Shown here in pieces: positions 42,288 through 52,036 of a DNA stretch of 64,000 nucleotides. The stretch is taken from NCBI GenBank assembly GCA_964431835.1, contig CAYSKO010000008.1, positions 26,622 to 90,621 of the forward strand, written 5' to 3'. Each line of letters begins with the position of its first letter. The first letter of the stretch is position 1. A program made the position numbers and the translations under genes. The notes beneath the pieces were generated by a model that ran no database searches, was not told the DNA's origin, and saw only the letters and a list, made by a program, of their open reading frames with translations. This stretch comes from an uncultured Planctomycetia bacterium (GTDB lineage Bacteria > Omnitrophota > Gorgyraeia > 2-02-FULL-51-18).

Positions 42288-43032
42288 CGTCGCCTGCTTC
42301 GAGACGATGCGCGCCTACGGCGGACGCGTGTTCCATTTGGACGCGCACTTGGAGCGCCTCGAGGAGTCGTGTCGGGGTTTGGCGCGCCGTCTTCCCGCCG
42401 GCCGCCATGAGTTGTCCGCGTGGACGCGCGCGGTTCTCGCAGAGAGCGGGGAGGCCGACGCGGTGATCCGGTTGTCGGTCCATTGGGAGTGCAGTGGGCT
42501 CTACGTTTGGATGCTGCGCCCGTTCGTCGGGCATCCGGCCGCGTGGTACGAGACGGGCGTCGCCGTCCGGACGGGGACGCCGCGCCGTCCCTCGCCCCGC
42601 GCGCAGGAGGCGCAGGTGAAGGCGTCCCAGTTTGTGGCGGGCGTCCTCGCGCACCTGGATAAAAGCGGCCCCGAGCCCCACGAGATCCTATTCTTGAACG
42701 ACGCCGGAACACTCGCCGAAGGAACGGTTTCCAACGTTTTTGTCGTAAAGAAAAAAAGGCTTTTGACACCCCCTGCGGCATCGGGTATTTTAAGGGGGGT
42801 CACGCGCGGAACGGTGATCGAAATCGCGCGCGAGGAAGGATTTCCGCTCGTCGAAATCCCTCTCACGCGACACGATGTCTACTCCGCCGACGAGTGTTTC
42901 ATGACCAACACCTCGTCGGAAATTCTGCCGGTCGTGTCCGCCGACGCCCGGCGGATCGGCGACGGCAGGCCCGGTCCCGTCACGAGCGCGCTCGCACGCG
43001 CCTTCAAGCGAAAGGTTTCCGAATCCGTATGA
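42178..43032 (+). CDS. Class IV PLP aminotransferase / aminodeoxychorismate lyase family
   Basis: FETMRAY, HLERL, LAEGTVSNVF, GILRGVTR, ADECFMTNT, GPVT. Start uncertain because it overlaps the upstream gene. Confidence 0.88.
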   Translation: MTKHFIRQRPFSVPSSAPSGHAEFSAASELDAAHLDSVACFETMRAYGGRVFHLDAHLERLEESCRGLARRLPAGRHELSAWTRAVLAESGEADAVIRLSVHWECSGLYVWMLRPFVGHPAAWYETGVAVRTGTPRRPSPRAQEAQVKASQFVAGVLAHLDKSGPEPHEILFLNDAGTLAEGTVSNVFVVKKKRLLTPPAASGILRGVTRGTVIEIAREEGFPLVEIPLTRHDVYSADECFMTNTSSEILPVVSADARRIGDGRPGPVTSALARAFKRKVSESV

Positions 43033-44576
43033 AGATCCAGCGCGCCCTCCTGAGTGTATTCGACAAGACCGGCATCGTTCCGTTCGCCCGAGCCCTCGAA
43101 GCGATGGGCGTCGAGATCGTTTCCACCGGCGGCACTGCCGATCTTCTGAAAATAGAAGGGATCGCGGTCGTCGACGTCTCGGCCGTCACGCGCTTCCCGG
43201 AAATGCTCGATGGCCGGGTGAAGACCCTCCACCCGAACCTTCACGCAGGCATCCTGGCCGTACGGGACGACAGAAAACACATGGCAACCCTCGCCGAGCA
43301 CGGCATCCGTCCGATAGACCTCCTGGTCGTGAACCTCTACCCGTTCGCGGAAACCCTCAAGAAAACCTCCGATCCCGAGAAGATCATTGAAATGATCGAC
43401 GTCGGCGGCCCTTCCATGCTGCGCGGCGCGGCAAAGAACCATCGTTTCGTCGCGGCGGTCTCCGACCCGGCCGATTATGCTCCCGTTCTCGAGGAGCTTT
43501 ACAACCGCGGATCTCTCGGCGAAACCACACGCCGCCGCCTCGCCGCCAAGGTGTTCGCGGCCACGGCGGAATACGACGCTTTGATCGCGGGTTGGTTCGC
43601 AGGCGGCATGTCCGCGGGCCATTCGAAGAACGGAGCGCTTCCGCACAAACTCGAACTCACCTTCGAAAAAGCGGCGGACCTGCGCTACGGCGAGAATCCG
43701 CACCAGAAGGGCGCGCTGTACCGCGAGCCTGGCGCCTCGGGCGTGGGCGACGCACAGAAGCTGAATGGAAAGGAGCTTTCATTCAACAACATCCTCGACC
43801 TCGACGCCGCCCTCGAGATGGTCGAGGCGTTCGACCGGCCGGCGTGCTCGATCGTGAAACACACGAGCCCGTGCGGTTTCGCCCTCGGCAAGGACGCGTC
43901 CGCGGCGTTCAAGGCCGCCTGGGCATGCGACCCGCTTTCGGCGTTCGGTTCGATCGTGGGATTCAACGGCGAGGTCGACGGCCGCACGGCGCGGGCGATG
44001 CTGGCGGCGGGTTTTATTGAGTGCGTGATCGCTAAGTCCTTTACGAAGGAGGCGCTCGAGCTTCTGCGCGCCAAGAAAAATCTCCGTCTTCTCGCCGCGA
44101 AGATCGGACGCCCGAACGTGGCTCCCGACTTCAAGCGCGTGAAAGGGGGGCTTCTCGTGCAGGACCGGGACCTCACGGACCCGTCCGCCGCAGACCTCAA
44201 GTTCCCGACGAAAAAAAAGCCCAAGCATTCACAGATTCCCGACCTTCTTTTCGCATTCAAGATCTGTCGGTATGTGAAATCCAACGCGATTGTGGTCGCC
44301 AAAGGCGGTATCACGCTCGGCATGGGGATGGGGCAGCCGTCGCGCGTCGATTCCTGCCTCACCGCGTTCCGCAAGGCGGGGAAGCGCGCCAAGGGCGCGG
44401 TGCTCGCCTCGGATGGCTTCTTCCCGAAGCCCGATTCGATCGCGCTCGCCAAGCGCGCGGGCATTACCGCGATCGTCCAGCCCGGTGGCTCCATTCAGGA
44501 CGAGGAAGTGATCCGCGCGTGCGATAAAGCCGGCATCGCGATGGCCTTCACGGGCGTGCGGCATTTCAAGCACTGA
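43029..44576 (+). CDS. purH: Bifunctional AICAR transformylase / IMP cyclohydrolase
   Basis: RALLSVFDKTG, STGGTA, GRVKTLHP, IDVGGPSMLR, LRYGENPHQ, KSNAIV, ASDGFFP, QPGGS, RHFKH. Start re-assigned to ATG 43029. Confidence 0.97.
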   Translation: MKIQRALLSVFDKTGIVPFARALEAMGVEIVSTGGTADLLKIEGIAVVDVSAVTRFPEMLDGRVKTLHPNLHAGILAVRDDRKHMATLAEHGIRPIDLLVVNLYPFAETLKKTSDPEKIIEMIDVGGPSMLRGAAKNHRFVAAVSDPADYAPVLEELYNRGSLGETTRRRLAAKVFAATAEYDALIAGWFAGGMSAGHSKNGALPHKLELTFEKAADLRYGENPHQKGALYREPGASGVGDAQKLNGKELSFNNILDLDAALEMVEAFDRPACSIVKHTSPCGFALGKDASAAFKAAWACDPLSAFGSIVGFNGEVDGRTARAMLAAGFIECVIAKSFTKEALELLRAKKNLRLLAAKIGRPNVAPDFKRVKGGLLVQDRDLTDPSAADLKFPTKKKPKHSQIPDLLFAFKICRYVKSNAIVVAKGGITLGMGMGQPSRVDSCLTAFRKAGKRAKGAVLASDGFFPKPDSIALAKRAGITAIVQPGGSIQDEEVIRACDKAGIAMAFTGVRHFKH

Positions 44577-44577
44577 T

Positions 44578-45900
44578 TTGGAGAAACACTGCCGGATTCT
44601 CGGCGTCCGTCCTGGCGCCTCGACGAATGAGATCCGAAAGGCCTACCACGAACTCATCAAAGTCTGGCACCCCGACCGCTTCCCGAACGACCCGTCGCTC
44701 CAGCAAAAAGCGCTCGAAAAAACCAAAGAGATCACAGAGGCTTACCGCGCGTTGAGCGGGCCTGAGGGGTCCGCGCCGTCGGCGGATCGCGTTGCGCCCA
44801 ACCGCGCAGCCTGGCACCCGGCCCGTGCGGCGGCCGCCGCCGCGCGCGTTCTGCGTCCGCGCCGGGACGCCTCGGGCGTCCGCGCGTTCGTCGTCTTCAC
44901 GCTCACGGGCGGTGTGCTCCTGGGCGCTGCGTACGCCCTCCTTGTTTTCAGCGAAAATTCCCGTAAGGTCATGGTGAACGGCGTTTCCTTCAACGAATGG
45001 GAATGGGGCCTCAATTTCCGTGTCGGTTCGACGAAGGACGAGGTGATGGCGGTCCAGGGAGCCCCTGACCGGATCGAAGGTGACACGTGGTTCTACGGCA
45101 ATGACTCGGTTCGCTTCGCTTCCGACGCCCGCGTCGTGAATTTTTCCAACGCCGGAGGCGCTTTAAGGATCAGGGAAACGACGCCCCCGCCCCAGGCCCC
45201 GGTCCCGGCCTTCTTCACCCTCGGTTCGACTAAAGAGGAAGTTCTCGCGACGCAGGGCAAACCCACCCGGGAAGCCGGAGACGAATGGCGATGGGGGGAA
45301 GACGCCGTTTTTTTCTCGAAGGGCCGCGCCGCGCACTACGACAACTCCTCGGGTCGCCTGCGTGTGAAGGTGTTTCCTTCGACAAGCGTGAACGTGGCCA
45401 AGGATTCGGCATTCGGGCTCGGTGCAACGAAAGACGACGTGCTCGCGATACAGGGAACTCCGTCCCGCATGGCGGGAGACCGCTGGCATTACGGTCTCGA
45501 CACCGTTCTTTTTTCGCGCGGCCGCCTGTTCGGTTTCTCGAACGCCGCGCGCGGACTCAGAATCCGCTTCGTGCCTTTGAAGCCCGTTTCGGCGCCTCCG
45601 GGAGCACGTTTCACCGTCGGATCTACCGCCGACGACGTGATCGCGGTTCAGGGCACGCCGACGCGGGTGGACGGAGACCTCTGGTATTGGGACAAGGACT
45701 CCGCCACGTTCGCGGCCGGGCGCGTCGTTTCCTTCACGAACCGCACCGGTTTCTTGAAGGGCATGATTCTTGTGTCCAAGCCTCCCTCGAAACCCGCTCC
45801 CGCAAAGCCCACACCCGCTTCACCCGCTCCGTCGACGGGCGCGCGTAAACCGAGTGGATGGGAAGACACGCGTTTCGAAGATAAAGAAACGAAGCTTTGA
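44578..45900 (+). CDS. J-domain (DnaJ-like) membrane protein with four 66-aa repeats
   Basis: N-terminal IRKAYHELIKVWHPDRF; one transmembrane segment; repeats starting at 45016, 45214, 45412 and 45610. Confidence 0.85.
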   Translation: MEKHCRILGVRPGASTNEIRKAYHELIKVWHPDRFPNDPSLQQKALEKTKEITEAYRALSGPEGSAPSADRVAPNRAAWHPARAAAAAARVLRPRRDASGVRAFVVFTLTGGVLLGAAYALLVFSENSRKVMVNGVSFNEWEWGLNFRVGSTKDEVMAVQGAPDRIEGDTWFYGNDSVRFASDARVVNFSNAGGALRIRETTPPPQAPVPAFFTLGSTKEEVLATQGKPTREAGDEWRWGEDAVFFSKGRAAHYDNSSGRLRVKVFPSTSVNVAKDSAFGLGATKDDVLAIQGTPSRMAGDRWHYGLDTVLFSRGRLFGFSNAARGLRIRFVPLKPVSAPPGARFTVGSTADDVIAVQGTPTRVDGDLWYWDKDSATFAAGRVVSFTNRTGFLKGMILVSKPPSKPAPAKPTPASPAPSTGARKPSGWEDTRFEDKETKL

Positions 45901-45974
45901 TATAATAAGAACAGAAAACTCGAAGCGTCTGCGGCGGCCTGAGGGATTCCCCGCCTTCTCCCCTGGCGTAAGTT

Positions 45975-46010
45975 AGCGTTTTTTAATCCAATTCTAAGCG
46001 TTTTTTAATC
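45975..46010 (+). promoter_or_regulatory. 14-bp direct repeat AGCGTTTTTTAATC, two copies with a 22-bp period
   Basis: Exact copies at 45975-45988 and 45997-46010, about 50 bp upstream of the ATG at 46061. Confidence 0.55.
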
Positions 46011-46060
46011 TGGCTTTTGTTAGGCTGTTCTCGGCGCAGGGTGCGCGCCGAGGAGGGTTT

Positions 46061-46870
46061 ATGAAAAAAATTCTGGGAGCTTTTTTCCTTTTACTCGCGG
46101 CGACGGCGCCGGCGATGGCTGAGGACGTATCCGGCGGCGGTGATTTCATCGGCGACGACGGAAATTCGGGCCGCGGCAACGGCGGTTTCGGCGATGACGA
46201 CGATCGCGGCGGAGGCCGCGGGCGTGACGACGACGGTTTCGGGAACGGCCCCGACGGAAATCCCGGCCTCGGCGGTGATCCCGTGAATCCGGGCCCCGGT
46301 CCGACCGATCCGTTCGGCGGCGGAGGCGGTGGTGGATTCGAACCTCAATTGCCTCCCGTATTCGAGCCTCCGACTCCTACGCCGTCTCCGATAACGCCCA
46401 GTCCCACACCGGGGCCGGTAGATCCGGGACCTTCGTTTCCGGCACCGACTCCGATGCCCAATCCCGTTTTCGAGTCGCCGGTCATGAACCCCGCTCCGAT
46501 CAATAGCGGCGTGATGCCATCCACAGTGAACCAGGCGAGGCGGGACCCGACCGTGAGCGTTTACTCCCAGTCGAGCTCCTCGGCTTGGGTGGAAGGCGAT
46601 CCGTACAGCGTCGCCGGCGCCGGGGCCGTGCCCGAGAGCTCTCCCCAGGCGATGCTCCGCTCCGCACCCGATTCGAGCTTCGTTTGGGTGGTCAGCGGAG
46701 AGGTGGTCTCGAAAAATGGCACGAGCGTGACGATCCGCGACCGCCGCCGGAAGCAGACGACCATCTTCGCCGAGCCGGGCGTCGTGGGCTCGCTGCGTAA
46801 AGGAAGTATGATTCAGGCGACGATGGTCCCCGGCAGCAACCGGGCGAAGTCGCTCCAAAAGCTCTCGTAA
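46061..46870 (+). CDS. Secreted Gly/Asp/Pro-rich low-complexity protein with a small C-terminal beta domain
   Basis: AGGAGG ribosome-binding site; signal peptide MKKILGAFFLLLAATAPAMA. Confidence 0.8.
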   Translation: MKKILGAFFLLLAATAPAMAEDVSGGGDFIGDDGNSGRGNGGFGDDDDRGGGRGRDDDGFGNGPDGNPGLGGDPVNPGPGPTDPFGGGGGGGFEPQLPPVFEPPTPTPSPITPSPTPGPVDPGPSFPAPTPMPNPVFESPVMNPAPINSGVMPSTVNQARRDPTVSVYSQSSSSAWVEGDPYSVAGAGAVPESSPQAMLRSAPDSSFVWVVSGEVVSKNGTSVTIRDRRRKQTTIFAEPGVVGSLRKGSMIQATMVPGSNRAKSLQKLS

Positions 46871-46894
46871 CCAAAAAAAGAACGTTTCGCGCTA

Positions 46895-46928
46895 AAGGGC
46901 CGCTCCTCGGGGGGCGGCCCTTCCATTT
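46895..46928 (+). terminator. Probable rho-independent terminator
   Basis: AAGGGCCGCTCC-tcg-GGGGCGGCCCTT followed by ccattt. Confidence 0.6.
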
Positions 46929-46961
46929 GTCACGGGTCGTGGAATCCGATACAATCGAGCC

Positions 46962-47708
46962 ATGAGACGCCTTCCGTTCCTTCTTTCGACTCTTCTTTTC
47001 TGCGCGCCGGTCTCGGCCGCGCCCCAAGCTCCCGCTCGAACGCTCTTCGAGGAGGGCGCGGCCCATCTCGAGGCGGGCCGCTACGCTGAGGCCGAAAAAT
47101 CCTTCACGGACTGCCTCAAACTTCTCGAGCCCAAGTCCGTGGCGCTCGCGGATGCTTCCTTCAATCTCGGGCTCGCGCAAGCCAATCAGGGCCGCTATGA
47201 GGAAGCCTCCGCCACCTTCCGAAAAACGATCGAAACCGATCCGGGCCGCGCGGACGCGCGTCTTTTTTTGGGCACCTGTCTCAGGGTCACGGGCGACTGG
47301 TCCGGCGCCGTCGCCCAGCTCGTCGAGACTCTTCGTCTGGATCCCGACAACGCCCGCGCGCACGACGAGCTCTGGCAGGCCTACGCGGAGTTTGGTGCCA
47401 AATACGGCTATGACGAAGAATTGGTCTTCCGGCAGTACTACCATATCGAGCGGCTGCTCAAGGCCGATTCGGGTTATGAAAAGCGCCACCCGGGAATTTT
47501 TCGGGAACTCAAAATCCTCACGCGGATCGATTTTCTGCTTGATCAGGACGGCTCGCGGCGCGTGCGGCGCGGGCAGAACGAGGAAGAACCGACGGTCGTC
47601 GAAGAGGTCGAGAAGGGGGTTCCCTCCGCCCAGATTCCGGCGCTTCCCGACGACGGCATCCCGGCCGAAGAAAAGCTGATGGCCCTCGTGAACGCGAAAC
47701 GTCGCTAG
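46962..47708 (+). CDS. Exported tetratricopeptide repeat protein
   Basis: Signal peptide; TPR-like helices (ASFNLGLAQANQGRYEEA, ARLFLGTCL...ETLRLDP). Confidence 0.85.
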   Translation: MRRLPFLLSTLLFCAPVSAAPQAPARTLFEEGAAHLEAGRYAEAEKSFTDCLKLLEPKSVALADASFNLGLAQANQGRYEEASATFRKTIETDPGRADARLFLGTCLRVTGDWSGAVAQLVETLRLDPDNARAHDELWQAYAEFGAKYGYDEELVFRQYYHIERLLKADSGYEKRHPGIFRELKILTRIDFLLDQDGSRRVRRGQNEEEPTVVEEVEKGVPSAQIPALPDDGIPAEEKLMALVNAKRR

Positions 47709-47721
47709 GAGCGCCTTTTAA

Positions 47722-49053
47722 GTGAATTACGAAGAATCGATCGAGTACGTCCAGTCGTTCGTCGATCACGAGCGCGCCGCGGATTGGGTATACCCCGAGG
47801 CGTTCAAGCTCGACCGCATGCACCGCCTCTGTAAGGACCTCGGTAATCCCCAGAACGCGTTCGAGTCCGCGATCGTCGCGGGTTCGAAAGGCAAAGGTTC
47901 CGTGGCTACGATTCTCGCGTCTATCCTGCGGATGGAAAATTACAAGGTCGGTCTTTACACCTCGCCGCACCTCATCGACCTGCGCGAACGAATTCGCGTA
48001 AACGGTTTGTGTGTGAGTGAGGTGCGGTTCGCCGAGTACGTGTCGATGTTTCGAAAGCTACTCGATACGTCCGCGTGGCGCAAGGACCCGCCGACGTACT
48101 TCGAGGTACTGACCGCGATGGCGTTTCACCATTTTCGTGAGATGAAGGTACATGTCGCCGTGCTGGAAGTCGGGCTGGGCGGCCTCTACGATTCCACGAA
48201 TGTGGCCCCGGCTAAAGTGGCGGGTTTGGCGCCCATCAGCCTCGAGCATACCGACAGGCTCGGAAAGACCGTAGCCAAGATCGCCGTCCAGAAGGCGGGA
48301 ATCATCAAAGGGCGTGAAATCGTCGTGTCGGCGCCTCAAGCCCCCGACGCCGAAGCCGTGATCGAACGCGCCGCGCGCGACCGCGAAGCCGAGCTTTTAC
48401 GCGTGGGCCGCGAGGTGAAAGTCTTCCCGCGGGACTATTCGGACGAATCCCAGAAATTCGACGTGCGCACGCCCTATGGAAACCATTTCGATCTCGAGAT
48501 ACGCCTTCTCGGCCGTCATCAGATCGACAACGCGGCGGTGGCCGTCGCGATGGCCGAAGCTCTCACGAAGAAAACCCGTCTCACAGTGACGGCCGAGGCG
48601 ATCCGGCGCGGAACGCTCGACGCGCACTGGCCCGGCCGCCTCGAGCGCGTCGCACGCGATCCGGACATTGTCTTCGACGGCGCGCAGAACCCCGACAGCG
48701 CAGAAAAACTCGTGGCCGCGCTCAAAAGGCATTTCCACTGGCGGCGGCTCCTGGTCGTGATGGGCGTCTCCTCCGACAAAGATGCGGCCGGCATTCTCGC
48801 GCAGCTTCTTCCGGAGACGGCCTGCCTTTGGGCCACGCGCTCGACCAATCCCCGCGCGCTCGCGCCCGGGGAGATCGCGCGTGAGGCCGAGGGTTTCACG
48901 GGTGAGGTTTTCGTCGAACCCGATTTCCGTGTCGCATTCCGCGCCGCGCGCGCTTCGGCACGGCCCAACGACATGGTGCTTGTCACCGGGTCCCTTTTCC
49001 TGGTGGGGGACGTGAAGGCCGCGTTTTCCAAGGAGCTCGAAGAAAGATGGTGA
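47722..49053 (+). CDS. folC: Folylpolyglutamate synthase / dihydrofolate synthase
   Basis: VAGSKGKGS, GLYTSPHL, TYFE, LEVGLGG..DSTN, WPGRLE, DGAQN, VTGSLFLVG. Confidence 0.95.
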   Translation: MNYEESIEYVQSFVDHERAADWVYPEAFKLDRMHRLCKDLGNPQNAFESAIVAGSKGKGSVATILASILRMENYKVGLYTSPHLIDLRERIRVNGLCVSEVRFAEYVSMFRKLLDTSAWRKDPPTYFEVLTAMAFHHFREMKVHVAVLEVGLGGLYDSTNVAPAKVAGLAPISLEHTDRLGKTVAKIAVQKAGIIKGREIVVSAPQAPDAEAVIERAARDREAELLRVGREVKVFPRDYSDESQKFDVRTPYGNHFDLEIRLLGRHQIDNAAVAVAMAEALTKKTRLTVTAEAIRRGTLDAHWPGRLERVARDPDIVFDGAQNPDSAEKLVAALKRHFHWRRLLVVMGVSSDKDAAGILAQLLPETACLWATRSTNPRALAPGEIAREAEGFTGEVFVEPDFRVAFRAARASARPNDMVLVTGSLFLVGDVKAAFSKELEERW

Positions 49054-50447
49054 TCCGGGGGTTCGACGACGACACGATCGCCGCGATCGCGACGGCGCCC
49101 GGAGAAGGCGGCATCGGAATCGTCCGCTTGTCGGGCCGCAGTGCTCTCGAGATCGGCGACCGCATCTTCCGCGCGAAAACCGGTACGCCCGTGTCCCGTC
49201 AGAAGAGCTTCGCTGCGCGCTATGGTCACGTCGTCCGGGAGAGCGACTGTTCGTCGCGGGCCGTCGACGAGGCAATTGCGCTCGTCATGCGTGCCCCTAA
49301 AAGCTACACCTGCGAAGACGTCCTCGAGATCCATGCGCACGGCGGCTCGGCGGTGCTGCGCGAGGTGCTCGATCTCGCGCTCCGCGCGGGTGCACGTTTG
49401 GCCGAACCCGGAGAATTCACCAAGCGCGCTTTCCTGAACGGTCGTCTCGATCTGCTCCAGGCGGAGGCCGTGATCGACCTCATCCGTTCAAAGACCGCGC
49501 TCGCTCGGCGCTGGGCGTCGTCCCAGCTCGAAGGCGCTCTTTCTTCGCGTGTGCGCGAAATACGAGACGCGCTCGTCTCGGCGCTCGCTCGTCTCGAGGC
49601 TTCGATTGATTTTCCCGAAGACGCTCCCGAGGCGGACGCGCCGCCCGAGGTCGTGCGGGAGCTCGAATCGGCCGCGGCGATCCTGGCCGAGCTCACCGCC
49701 GGCGCCGAGTGGGGCAAGCTCCTGCGCCGCGGACTTTCGGCCGCCATCGTCGGCCGCCCGAACGTGGGCAAGTCGAGCCTCCTCAACGCGCTGGCAGGCG
49801 AGGACCGCGCGATCGTGACTCCGCACGCCGGTACGACGCGCGATGTGGTAGAGGCCGAGATTCAAGTAGGTGGTTTTCCGCTGCGCCTCTCCGACACCGC
49901 AGGCCTGCGCGAAACCGATCATCCCGTCGAACGCGAGGGGATCGCGCGCTCGAAGCGCGCGGCTTCCGGCGCCGAAATCCTCCTTTGCGTGTTTGACGCG
50001 AGCCGTCCGCTCGAACCCGAAGACCGCGCATTCTTCGATTCCTACGCGGACCGCGAACGGATCGCGGTCCTCAATAAAGCCGATCTCGGCATGAAGATCG
50101 ATTCCGCCGCTCTCACCGGGCCCGGCGTGCGCGCGGTGGTGGCCTGTTCGACGTTGCACCCGGATGGCATCAAGGTGTTAGAGGAGGAAATTTATAGATT
50201 CGTAGTGGGCGGCGAAGCCGAGATTCCCGAAGACGCCGTCGTCAGTTCGGTACGCCAAAAGGAGCACTTGGACCGCACGGCCGCAAGCGTCCGCGAGGCG
50301 CTCGCCTCCTGCCGGGCAGGGCTCTCCCCAGAGCTGACGGCGGTCGATGTGCGTGTAGGACTCGACCACTTGGGGCTTTTGGTGGGCGAAGTGGTGACCG
50401 ATGACGTCCTAGACGCCCTTTTCGGACGTTTCTGTATCGGAAAGTGA
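49047..50447 (+). CDS. mnmE: tRNA modification GTPase
   Basis: DTIAAIATAPGEGGIGIVRLSG, GRPNVGKSSLLN, GTTRD, DTAG, NKAD, C-terminal FCIGK. Confidence 0.97.
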   Translation: MVIRGFDDDTIAAIATAPGEGGIGIVRLSGRSALEIGDRIFRAKTGTPVSRQKSFAARYGHVVRESDCSSRAVDEAIALVMRAPKSYTCEDVLEIHAHGGSAVLREVLDLALRAGARLAEPGEFTKRAFLNGRLDLLQAEAVIDLIRSKTALARRWASSQLEGALSSRVREIRDALVSALARLEASIDFPEDAPEADAPPEVVRELESAAAILAELTAGAEWGKLLRRGLSAAIVGRPNVGKSSLLNALAGEDRAIVTPHAGTTRDVVEAEIQVGGFPLRLSDTAGLRETDHPVEREGIARSKRAASGAEILLCVFDASRPLEPEDRAFFDSYADRERIAVLNKADLGMKIDSAALTGPGVRAVVACSTLHPDGIKVLEEEIYRFVVGGEAEIPEDAVVSSVRQKEHLDRTAASVREALASCRAGLSPELTAVDVRVGLDHLGLLVGEVVTDDVLDALFGRFCIGK

Positions 50448-50464
50448 CCGTTCCAAAGCTTTTC

Positions 50465-50494
50465 TTGCCTATTTTCGGCAGGGGACTATATAAT
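50465..50494 (+). promoter_or_regulatory. Sigma70-type promoter
   Basis: TTGCCT (50465), 18-bp spacer, TATAAT (50489-50494). Confidence 0.55.
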
Positions 50495-50523
50495 GAAGCC
50501 GCTTAAAAGAACGATAGGATTTT

Positions 50524-50994
50524 ATGGGATTGATTAGCCCTGACTCTTTTTTCGTCCAGCTCGGCCGGAACAAAATACTGGTTACGACTTTCTTGGCCTG
50601 GGCTATCGCCCAATGCCTGAAGGTCTTGATCGGTTATTTCCGTGAAAAACGGTTTAATTTCAAATGGCTCATCCGTTCAGGTGGCATGCCGAGCTCGCAT
50701 TCGGCGCTTTCGATGAGCCTGACGACGTCGATGGGTCTTTATTACGGGTTCGATTCGGGTCTTTTCGCAATGTCGCTGGGATTCGCGGCGATCACGATGT
50801 TCGATGCGCAAGGGGTACGCCGCCACAGCGGCCGCCAGGCCGCCGCGCTCAACCGGATTTTGGACGACCTGTACGCGCACAAAGGTATCCAGCAGGAGCC
50901 CCTCAAGGAGCTCCTGGGTCACGCGCCGGTGGAGGTTTACGCCGGCGGACTTTTGGGGATCGTGGTCGCGATTTTGTTCTACAGCCGAGGATAA
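50524..50994 (+). CDS. Divergent PAP2 family protein (DUF212-like)
   Basis: AQCLK, SGGMPSSHSA, MFDAQGVRRHSG, LKELLGH.P.EV. Confidence 0.92.
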   Translation: MGLISPDSFFVQLGRNKILVTTFLAWAIAQCLKVLIGYFREKRFNFKWLIRSGGMPSSHSALSMSLTTSMGLYYGFDSGLFAMSLGFAAITMFDAQGVRRHSGRQAAALNRILDDLYAHKGIQQEPLKELLGHAPVEVYAGGLLGIVVAILFYSRG

Positions 50995-50998
50995 GCCC

Positions 50999-52036
50999 TT
51001 GATCACCGCCCTGGATTTCGAAAAACCGATTTTCGAGCTCGAAAAGAAGATCGCCGAGCTTCGTAGCCTTTCGAACGACGGTAATCTGAACCTCCTCACC
51101 GAGGTGAAGAAGCTCGAGGGTCGCCTCGAACACCTTAAGAAAGAAACCTATTCCGGCCTCACCCCCTGGCAGCGCGTCCAGCTGGCGCGCCATCCCAAGC
51201 GTCCCTACACCCTCGATTACATCGGAATGATCTTCAGCGAGTTCGTCGAGTTCCACGGCGACCGCACGTTCGCCGACGATAAAGCGCTGATCGGCGGTTT
51301 CGCCAAGCTGGATGGCCAGACGTTCCTCGTGATCGGCCACCAAAAAGGCCGCGACGCGAAGGAAAACATTATGCGAAACTTCGGAAGCGCCCATCCGGAG
51401 GGCTATCGCAAGGCCCTGCGTCTCATGCGGATGGCGGAGAAGTTCGACGTGCCGATCGCGGTCTTCGTCGACACCCCGGGAGCTTATCCGGGCGTCGGAG
51501 CCGAAGAGCGCGGCCAGGCCTACACCATCGCATTCAACATCCGCGAGATGGCGCGCGTGCGCGTGCCGATCGTCGTCTTCGTCATCGGGGAGGGTGGCTC
51601 GGGCGGAGCGCTCGGTATCGGCGTTGGCGACCGTGTGCTCGTCATGGAAAACGCCTACTATTCCGTCATTTCGCCGGAGGGCTGCGCGGCCATTCTCTGG
51701 AAGGACCGCACGAAGGCTCCTGAGGCCGCCGCCGCACTTCGTCTCACCGCGAAGGATCTCCTTGAGATGAAGCTCATCGACGAGGTGGTGAAGGAGCCGC
51801 TCGGCGGGGCGCACCGGGACCCGGCTGTGGCGGCGGAAGCGATCAAGACCGCGATTAAGAAGTACTGGAAAGAGCTCGAGAACGTGGACCGGGAACAGCT
51901 CGTCGAGAATCGTTACGCGAAGTTCCGTTCGATCGGCGTCTTCGAGAGCCGCTCGTCGGTCGAGGCGGCCGAAAGGATCGCCGCAACGAATGGCAAAAAA
52001 AGCCGTCAGAAAAAAAGAGTTCCGGCTACCAAGTGA
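50999..52036 (+). CDS. accA: Acetyl-CoA carboxylase carboxyltransferase alpha subunit
   Basis: LDFEKPI, ARHPKRP, HGDR, PEGYRKALR, DTPGAYPG, GEGGSGGAL, YSVISPEGCAAILW. Start re-assigned to TTG 50999. Confidence 0.96.
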   Translation: MITALDFEKPIFELEKKIAELRSLSNDGNLNLLTEVKKLEGRLEHLKKETYSGLTPWQRVQLARHPKRPYTLDYIGMIFSEFVEFHGDRTFADDKALIGGFAKLDGQTFLVIGHQKGRDAKENIMRNFGSAHPEGYRKALRLMRMAEKFDVPIAVFVDTPGAYPGVGAEERGQAYTIAFNIREMARVRVPIVVFVIGEGGSGGALGIGVGDRVLVMENAYYSVISPEGCAAILWKDRTKAPEAAAALRLTAKDLLEMKLIDEVVKEPLGGAHRDPAVAAEAIKTAIKKYWKELENVDREQLVENRYAKFRSIGVFESRSSVEAAERIAATNGKKSRQKKRVPATK

